The position numbers and the translations under genes are program-made. From assembly GCF_000012545.1 (NCBI RefSeq), contig NC_007681.1:1380001-1412000 (forward strand): a stretch of 32,000 nt of DNA, in the 5' to 3' direction. Source of the DNA: Methanosphaera stadtmanae DSM 3091 (GTDB lineage: Archaea; Methanobacteriota; Methanobacteria; Methanobacteriales; Methanobacteriaceae). The notes beneath the pieces are model-generated. The model ran no database searches. It saw nothing but the letters and a program-made list of their open reading frames with translations, and had not been told where the DNA came from. Numbering within the stretch: the first letter of the stretch is position 1; the number at the start of each line of letters is the position of its first letter. Below are positions 25,423 to 32,000 of this stretch, piece after piece.

Positions 25423-26217
25423 ATGAAATTAAATATTGATAGTATTAGATGTGTTGGTTGTGGTTTATGTGAAAATGTATGTATTAAAAATCATATAAAA
25501 ACTAAGCCATCACTTCATGAGGTAGACAATAATGAATGTTTTGAATGTGGACATTGCATGGCAATATGTCCTACAGGTACTATAACATTAAAGATATATG
25601 AAAATCAACCAGAACGTGTTGAAAAATATGATGCTACGAATATTCCAATAGAAACTAACGATCTTCTCCAACTATATAAACAACGTAGAAGTATTAGATG
25701 GTTTAAAAATAAACTAATAGATGAAAAAACGTTTAATACCTTATTTGAAGCAGCATATTATAGTCCTAGTGCTCAAAACATTCAAGATACAGAATTTGTA
25801 GTTATTACTAAAGAATTAGATGAATTTATAGAGTTTATATACCGTATCATAAAAGAAGATGAAGATAAATTTCCTCGTATAAAACAGTTAGGTGAATATC
25901 TTCAAGATAAAACATCATATAAACATAATCCACTACTCTGGGAAGGAAAACAATTGATTCTAGGATTTTCAACTGATATAACAAGTACTATTATTGCAAT
26001 GACAAGACTAGAGTTACTTGCATATTCAATGGGTCTTGGAGGATTTTATTCATTTTTCATACAAAAAGCTGATGTTATTAATCATGATAAATTAATGGAA
26101 TTTTTCCCATATATTGATTCTAATAAGCATATGCAATGTGCATTCATTATAGGTTATCCTAGAAAGAAATTTAAAAGAACAATACCACATAAGACTATAA
26201 AAATAACATATAAATAA
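25423..26217 (+). CDS. Ferredoxin-domain (2x[4Fe-4S]) / nitroreductase-family fusion oxidoreductase
   Basis: Cys clusters are CVGCGLCENVC and CFECGHCMAICP. The nitroreductase signature RRSIRWF follows, with a flavin-binding-type C-terminus. Confidence 0.8.
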   Translation: MKLNIDSIRCVGCGLCENVCIKNHIKTKPSLHEVDNNECFECGHCMAICPTGTITLKIYENQPERVEKYDATNIPIETNDLLQLYKQRRSIRWFKNKLIDEKTFNTLFEAAYYSPSAQNIQDTEFVVITKELDEFIEFIYRIIKEDEDKFPRIKQLGEYLQDKTSYKHNPLLWEGKQLILGFSTDITSTIIAMTRLELLAYSMGLGGFYSFFIQKADVINHDKLMEFFPYIDSNKHMQCAFIIGYPRKKFKRTIPHKTIKITYK

Positions 26218-26337
26218 TTAATTCTTCCAATTATTTTAAAAAAAAATAATAAAATGATTAAATATTATTAAAAAAAAGATTATTTAGATAGAATTTACAT
26301 ATGAACATATATAATTAAAACAGAGAGTTTTGATAAT

Positions 26338-27315
26338 ATGAATATTATTACAACTATTGTAGGTAGTTACCCAACACGTAGTTTTAGAGCAGAAAGTTTT
26401 AATGAAAAAGTAACACAGACACTTGGATTATATGATCCATATAAACAAGCAATAAAAAATACTGTTACCTCTTTTGTTAATAAAGATATTGATATTATAT
26501 GTGATGGACAAGTAAGAGGAGATATGGTGCAGATATTTGCTAGAAAAATCAATGGATTAAAAATCATAGAAAATACTACACATATCATTGGAAAAATTAC
26601 TCCTGCAGCACATCCTATTTCTATACGTGATTTACAATTAGCATATAAAACAGCAAAAGCATTAAATCCTCAATATGAATTAAATGCTCCACTAGATGGT
26701 ATATTTAAACATGAAATGAAGGGTATTAAAGGTATAATTACTGGTCCAACAACACTTGTTCATTCATCAATTATTGATAATTTTTATACTAGTAAAGAAA
26801 ATGCCATATATGATATGGCAAGAGCATTAAGTATTGAAGCTCAAGCAATTGAAAAATTTGGAGCATGTGCTCTGCAGATAGATGAACCATTTATTTCAAC
26901 TGGTGCTGAAGATATAGAAGTTTCAAGAAAAGCTATTGAAATCATAGTTGATTCAGTAGATATTCCTGTAATATTACATGTATGTGGAGATCTAGAACAT
27001 GTTTTAGGAGATTTATTAAAATTTAATGTTGATGTTCTTGACTTTGAATTTTCAGGAATGAAACAAAATATTGATCATCTAGAAAATAAATGGACATCTG
27101 ATTGTAATAAACTATTAGGTATTGGTTGTGTAAATACTAAATTAAAATCTGTTGATAAAAAAGAGAATGTACATAAAACAATAAAGGATGTATTATCTAT
27201 TACTAAAAGTAGTAATATTATACTTGATCCTGACTGTGGAATGCGTATGTTAGATAAAGATATTGCAGATGAAAAACTTGATATTTTAAAATATTTCAGA
27301 GAAAATGGTGTGTAA
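26338..27315 (+). CDS. metE: Short archaeal MetE-type methionine synthase (Meth_synt_2 domain only)
   Basis: It has the TTIVGSYP N-terminus, a QIDEP motif and Zn-ligand positions HVCG and DPDCGM. Confidence 0.8.
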   Translation: MNIITTIVGSYPTRSFRAESFNEKVTQTLGLYDPYKQAIKNTVTSFVNKDIDIICDGQVRGDMVQIFARKINGLKIIENTTHIIGKITPAAHPISIRDLQLAYKTAKALNPQYELNAPLDGIFKHEMKGIKGIITGPTTLVHSSIIDNFYTSKENAIYDMARALSIEAQAIEKFGACALQIDEPFISTGAEDIEVSRKAIEIIVDSVDIPVILHVCGDLEHVLGDLLKFNVDVLDFEFSGMKQNIDHLENKWTSDCNKLLGIGCVNTKLKSVDKKENVHKTIKDVLSITKSSNIILDPDCGMRMLDKDIADEKLDILKYFRENGV

Positions 27316-27318
27316 ACA

Positions 27319-27948
27319 ATGGCAAAATTTATTCGTACTAATTCAATATCACAAGCATGGCTTACATGTGTTAAAAAAATAATGCAAGAAGGACATGAAG
27401 TAACTGATGAAAGGGGAAGTTTAACTAAGGAACTTCAAAATGTAATTCTTGAAATTACAAATCCTAATGATAATACCATACCTGAATGTTCACCATGGCA
27501 TGATGATAGACTTGAAACATATAAAAAGGAATTACTTGATCCTGATAATGAACAAGGATTTGTATATACATATGGTAACAGATTAAGACAGTATTTCAAA
27601 ATAGATCAGATTGATACTTGTATCGAAAAATTAAATAATTGTCCCCAATCCCGAAGAGCTATTGCTATTACAATAGATCCAATTCAAGATAACAAGGTGG
27701 ATGAAATCCCTTGTTTACAGGAAATAGCTTTTTTAATTAGGGATAATCAATTATATATGACAGATTTCTTTAGAAGCAATGATTGTGGTGGAGCAACATT
27801 TCCTAATCTTTTTGGTATAAGAGAGGTTGGTTATTATGTTGCTAAAAATACAGATACTGAACTTGTTAATATGGTTCATCATGCTATGAGCCTTCATATA
27901 TATGAACATGACTGGGATAAATGTAGAGAAATTTTAAGAAAATATTAG
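27319..27948 (+). CDS. thyA: Short archaeal thymidylate-synthase (ThyA)-like protein
   Basis: It has SRRAIAIT (the RR phosphate binders), the catalytic-Cys context IPCLQEIAF, FRSNDCGGATFPNLFG (S-x-D...N) and HIY near the C-terminus. It starts 3 nt after metE. Confidence 0.7.
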   Translation: MAKFIRTNSISQAWLTCVKKIMQEGHEVTDERGSLTKELQNVILEITNPNDNTIPECSPWHDDRLETYKKELLDPDNEQGFVYTYGNRLRQYFKIDQIDTCIEKLNNCPQSRRAIAITIDPIQDNKVDEIPCLQEIAFLIRDNQLYMTDFFRSNDCGGATFPNLFGIREVGYYVAKNTDTELVNMVHHAMSLHIYEHDWDKCREILRKY

Positions 27949-28082
27949 TTATAATAATTTTTTTATAAAAATAGAAGAAAAATTATTAGTTAAAAAAAGC
28001 TAGATATAATATTATATTACCTATAATGAGAAATAACTCATTATTGATATATTTTAAATTATTATTTAATGGAGATAAAAGC

Positions 28083-29069
28083 ATGAGTGAAAGTATGAAC
28101 ATAGCAGCAAAGAAAATTGCTGATAAAATGGTTCAAGATGCAGAAAAATTAAAAGTAATTCCATCAACATTATCCAATGGAACATCTATTATAGATTGTG
28201 GTGTTAATGCTAAGGGAAGTATTAAAGGTGGGGAATTATTTACAAAAGTATGTCTTGGTGGAATTTGTGATGTTGGAATTTCAATACCTGGTGACTTAAG
28301 TGATATAATGGCTATGCCTGCTGTTAAGGTTAAAACTGATTTTCCAGCATTAACCACTCTTGGTTCTCAGAAAGCAGGATGGAAAATAGATGTTAATGGA
28401 TATTATGCTATAGGTTCTGGACCTGCTCAGACACATAAATTTAAAGATAATAACATTTATAAAATAACTAACTATATTGAAGATTCAGATATTGCAGTTA
28501 TTACTCTTGAAGCAGATAAATTACCTGATGAAGATATTGCTAATTATATTGCAGATGAGTGTGGTGTAAAACCAGAAAATTTAACCATACTTGTTGCACC
28601 TACATCTTCTCTTGTTGGATCTATTCAAATATCTGGTAGAGCTCTTGAAACTGGAATATACAAAATGTATGAAATAATGAACTTCGATGTTACTAAAATT
28701 ACATATGCTGCAGGTATTACCCCTATTACACCAGTTGATCCTGATAGTCTTAAAGCTATGGGTAAAACTAATGATGCTATCATGTTTGGTGGAAGAGCAT
28801 ATTATTATATTGAACCTGATGAAGGTGAAGATTTAGAAGAATTAGCTGCTAATTTACCATCATCTGCTTCTGATAATTATGGTCAAAGCTTTATTGAATT
28901 ATTTAAAGAAGCAAATCAGGATTTCTATAAAATGCCTAAGGATATTTTTGCACCAGCACAAGTTATTGTTAATGATATGATAACTGGTCAAATGTTCCAC
29001 ACAGGATTTATAGATCTTAAACGTCTAAAAAAATCTTTTGAAGTTAAAGAAATAATTTATGAAAAATAA
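28083..29069 (+). CDS. mch: Methenyltetrahydromethanopterin cyclohydrolase
   Basis: MSESMNIAAKKIADKMVQDAEKLKV..NGTSIIDCGVNAKGSIKGGELFTKVCLGGICDVGISIPGDL..VKVKTDFPALTTLGSQKAGW matches my recollection of Methanobacteriales Mch. I prefer ATG 28083, with GGAGAT 7 nt upstream, over the ORF-track start at 28026. Confidence 0.9.
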   Translation: MSESMNIAAKKIADKMVQDAEKLKVIPSTLSNGTSIIDCGVNAKGSIKGGELFTKVCLGGICDVGISIPGDLSDIMAMPAVKVKTDFPALTTLGSQKAGWKIDVNGYYAIGSGPAQTHKFKDNNIYKITNYIEDSDIAVITLEADKLPDEDIANYIADECGVKPENLTILVAPTSSLVGSIQISGRALETGIYKMYEIMNFDVTKITYAAGITPITPVDPDSLKAMGKTNDAIMFGGRAYYYIEPDEGEDLEELAANLPSSASDNYGQSFIELFKEANQDFYKMPKDIFAPAQVIVNDMITGQMFHTGFIDLKRLKKSFEVKEIIYEK

Positions 29070-29092
29070 TTTTTCAATAGGAGTGTTGTTAA

Positions 29093-29560
<468 letters not shown>

Positions 29561-29600
29561 TCCTATTGCTTTTATAATTAATTAATGACCTCCTTACTTA

Positions 29601-29609
29601 TTTTTTTTT
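29601..29609 (+). terminator. T9 tract after ribC
   Basis: It lies 41 nt after the ribC stop. Confidence 0.5.
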
Positions 29610-29971
29610 CTAATACTCTGCTTGTTTAGATTATGAAACTTATTTCACTATTTTTATGAGTTTTGTTTTAACTACACATACAAGAAACTATATGTATTTA
29701 TCAAGTAAAATGAAATTACCCTCGAAAAATTAAAATAGAAAAATAGAAAAAAACATGATAAAGGAGGGAATAATTAGGTAATACTATTTACCTAAAAAAT
29801 GAATAAAAAATAGTTATTCTATAAGTTATCTTTAATTATTTAATATCAAGTCAATTCAAAACATGAATTTGTAAAAAACGATATATATCTAATATAATTA
29901 ACATAAGAAAATCATTTTAAGAAAAATAAAAATAATGTAGAAATATTATAAAACACGGAGGCTGTATAATT

Positions 29972-30721
29972 ATGACTGAATTTAGAAAGATACTAAGTGA
30001 AGTTATAGGTACCTATACTCTCGTATTTTTTGGTACTCTATCAGTAGTAGTAACATTATTAATAGCCCAAGGAGTAGAAACTACAAACATATTTAACATA
30101 GGAATTGGAGCATTAGGTGGAGTGGGTGATTGGTTATCCATAGGTTTTGCATTTGCAATGCCACTAATAGCAGCAATATATGCTTTTGCTAGGATATCTG
30201 GAGCCCATTTTAATCCTGCTGTAACTATTGGATTATGGTCTATAAAGAAATTTCCTACAAAGGATGTTATACCATACATAGTTTCACAAATAATAGGATC
30301 ATTACTTGCTACTTTTACAATAGTAGCTATACTTGGTAAACAAGCATCAACTATAGGTGTTCTTGGATCTGTAGCACCTTTTGGTGATGTTACATTACTT
30401 GGAGTGTTTATTGCTGAATTTTTAGGTACATTTCTATTAATGTATGCAATTATGGCTGTGGCAGTTGATAAAAATGCACAACCTGGATTTGCTGCATTGA
30501 TAATTGGACTTGTAATTCTAGGAATCGTTGTTGCTATAGGTAATATAAGTGGATCTGGTATTAATCCAGCTCGTTCACTAACACCAATGATTGGAAATCT
30601 TATAGTGGCAGGTACTCCTATAGACCTATTAGTTCTAGCTGTGTATATTATTGCCCCAATTTTAGGAGCAATATGTGGTGCTCAATTATATGAATACTTG
30701 TATAAAGAGATTGGATATTAA
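29972..30721 (+). CDS. aqpM: Aquaporin / MIP-family channel (AqpM-like)
   Basis: Two NPA boxes (GAHFNPAVT and SGINPARS), six hydrophobic helices, and ACGGAGG upstream of the ATG. Confidence 0.9.
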   Translation: MTEFRKILSEVIGTYTLVFFGTLSVVVTLLIAQGVETTNIFNIGIGALGGVGDWLSIGFAFAMPLIAAIYAFARISGAHFNPAVTIGLWSIKKFPTKDVIPYIVSQIIGSLLATFTIVAILGKQASTIGVLGSVAPFGDVTLLGVFIAEFLGTFLLMYAIMAVAVDKNAQPGFAALIIGLVILGIVVAIGNISGSGINPARSLTPMIGNLIVAGTPIDLLVLAVYIIAPILGAICGAQLYEYLYKEIGY

Positions 30722-30733
30722 AACTAAAAATAT

Positions 30734-30793
30734 TATGAGTATTTGAGTTTTAAGAACTTATTTACTCATATCCCTCCTTTTAGCATTTTTTTT
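30734..30793 (+). terminator. Hairpin (TATGAGTA...TACTCATA) followed by a T8 tract after aqpM
   Basis: The 8-bp outer stem pairs 30734..30741 with 30763..30770, with an inner AGTT/AACT stem. The T8 run is at 30786..30793. Confidence 0.5.
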
Positions 30794-31165
30794 AACATGA
30801 ATTAAAAATATTCTATTTTCATGAATAATAAGTTTACTTTATTTTAATTATAAAGTTTAAAAAGTCTTTTTTTATAAGGCAGGATATTATTTTAATGATG
30901 TATTTTATTTAAAAACTTGTAGAAAAATTATTCTAATAAAAATATGAAACTAGTAATAATAAAATAAAAAAAGAAAAATTTTAAAAAGATTTAAATATTT
31001 GATTTTAAAGAAAATAAAAAGTATCTATTTTTAATAAAAAAGATGTTGATAATTTTACATATTACTATAAGATATTTATTATAACTATTTCTAATACATT
31101 CTTATTTTATTTAAACATTGAATAATAAATAAAGATATAAAATACCAAAAAATATACTATATACT

Positions 31166-31528
31166 ATGTATATAAGAAAATATGGTATTATGAATAAAAA
31201 TGAATCAATACTAAGATTACGTCTTTCAACAGTTGATTGCAACACTTCAACTAAATATTATCAATTAACAGCAGAAATTCCTGAAATTGAAAAATCAAAA
31301 ATTAAACCATACTTTGAGTATTATACACCAGAAAATTTTGATGATTTAAATAATGTAGCTGGTAAAACAAAAGGATGGATGTGTAAAAGTGAAGATGTTG
31401 AAAAAGTAGAAAAAATTCTGGGAATTATTGAAACACGTAAAAAACAAGAAAATACATTGGAATCTGTTCAAAGAAAAACTAATGAACAACATTTCACAGT
31501 GAATAATAATTTAAAAATAAATATTTAA
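31166..31528 (+). CDS. Hypothetical protein (orphan to my eye)
   Basis: 120-aa ORF with an alternative start at ATG 31190. I see no obvious SD and recognise no motif. It is flanked by long AT-rich spacers. Coding status is uncertain. Confidence 0.4.
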   Translation: MYIRKYGIMNKNESILRLRLSTVDCNTSTKYYQLTAEIPEIEKSKIKPYFEYYTPENFDDLNNVAGKTKGWMCKSEDVEKVEKILGIIETRKKQENTLESVQRKTNEQHFTVNNNLKINI

Positions 31529-31579
31529 ATTTACAAATTTATTATAAAATAATACTCTTTTTCTTTACAATATTTTTTT

Positions 31580-31897
31580 TTAATTAGATCTCCTCCATGT
31601 ATTACCACATTTTGTACATCTATAAAATCTTGTTTCTGCCTCATCAGAACGGTGCATTTGAACCATCCACCATTCTAGTTCCCTATTACCACACCTATAA
31701 CATAAACCTCTCGTTGTAGGATGTGTATTTATTGAATCATCCGTTACTATAATATTTTGTTTATCTGAAACATCCTTATTAATAACATAATCCTGTTTCT
31801 CATCATCAGATAATTTTTTCTCATAGTTACATCCATAACAATGTAAAATACCCTTTTTTGGAAGTAACACCTTTCCACAATTAGGACAAAATTCCAT
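31580..31897 (-). CDS. tfs: Transcription elongation/cleavage factor TFS (RNAP subunit M / TFIIS C-ribbon family)
   Basis: It has the N-terminal ribbon CPNCG...CYGC and the C-terminal ribbon CYRCGN...WWMVQMHRSDEAETRFYRCTKCGNTW. The acidic D-E hairpin is present, but the usual Q-T-R-S-A-D-E-P reads Q-M-H-R-S-D-E-A. Confidence 0.85.
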   Translation of the reverse strand: MEFCPNCGKVLLPKKGILHCYGCNYEKKLSDDEKQDYVINKDVSDKQNIIVTDDSINTHPTTRGLCYRCGNRELEWWMVQMHRSDEAETRFYRCTKCGNTWRRSN

Positions 31898-32000
31898 ATT
31901 TTATCAATTCCCCAGTTATAAATCTATTTTAATATTATAACATATTTACTATTATCTTTTATTTTTAGATTATACTACAAAATATTATATAATACTATGA

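Noticed and set aside
30771-30780. Minus-strand GGAGGG (complement of CCCTCC) after aqpM followed by ATG AGT AAA TAA
   Set aside because: The ATG is only 2 nt from the SD-like motif and the ORF is 3 codons long. The motif is more plausibly part of the aqpM terminator region.

Overview
This is a visibly AT-rich archaeal chromosome segment (GC not computed). It carries Mur-type peptide ligases, an MraY-like transferase, methenyl-H4MPT cyclohydrolase, archaeal riboflavin synthase, an AqpM-type aquaporin, membrane LonB, TFS and NikR/HypA/HypB. That content points to a pseudomurein-walled Methanobacteriales methanogen, Methanosphaera/Methanobrevibacter-like; the organism call is inference. I can support 30 protein-coding genes, 4 tRNAs (three consecutive tRNA-Gly and one tRNA-Ala) and several oligo-T terminators. 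I saw no transposase, integrase, CRISPR array or recognisable defence gene. Layout: 1-9672 (minus strand) is a pseudomurein peptide-stem locus: SAM methyltransferase, hydrogenase-type endopeptidase, ATP-grasp ligase, MraY-like transferase, three Mur ligases, then two translationally coupled exported proteins. 10.0-11.6 kb holds nikR, a CBS protein and the tRNA-Gly array. 11.7-14.7 kb holds an RCK (TrkA-like) protein plus two tandem CoxE-type VWA paralogues. These are followed by cobQ, lonB, a DEAD-box helicase, prs, hypA-hypB, a DUF354 GT-B-like protein, tRNA-Ala and a polytopic membrane protein. A ferredoxin-nitroreductase fusion comes next, followed by a C1/cofactor string (metE-like, thyA-like, mch, ribC), aqpM, an orphan ORF and tfs. 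Most worth a second look: (1) a small bitopic protein with a POTRA-like sequence pattern sits at the 'ftsQ position' of the cell-wall cluster. (2) Two genes (lonB and the hydrogenase-type protease) have conserved N-termini encoded upstream of any canonical start codon. In each, an ATG sits one register off, next to an A-run; in lonB that run is the A_AAA_AAG slippery heptamer. (3) The RCK + 2x VWA(CoxE) module has no MoxR/CoxD ATPase and shows patchy perfect nucleotide identity between the paralogues. (4) The DUF354 (MurG-like fold) protein and the multi-TM protein may form a glycan-side cell-wall pair. All functional calls rest on motif recognition by eye. No database search was run.
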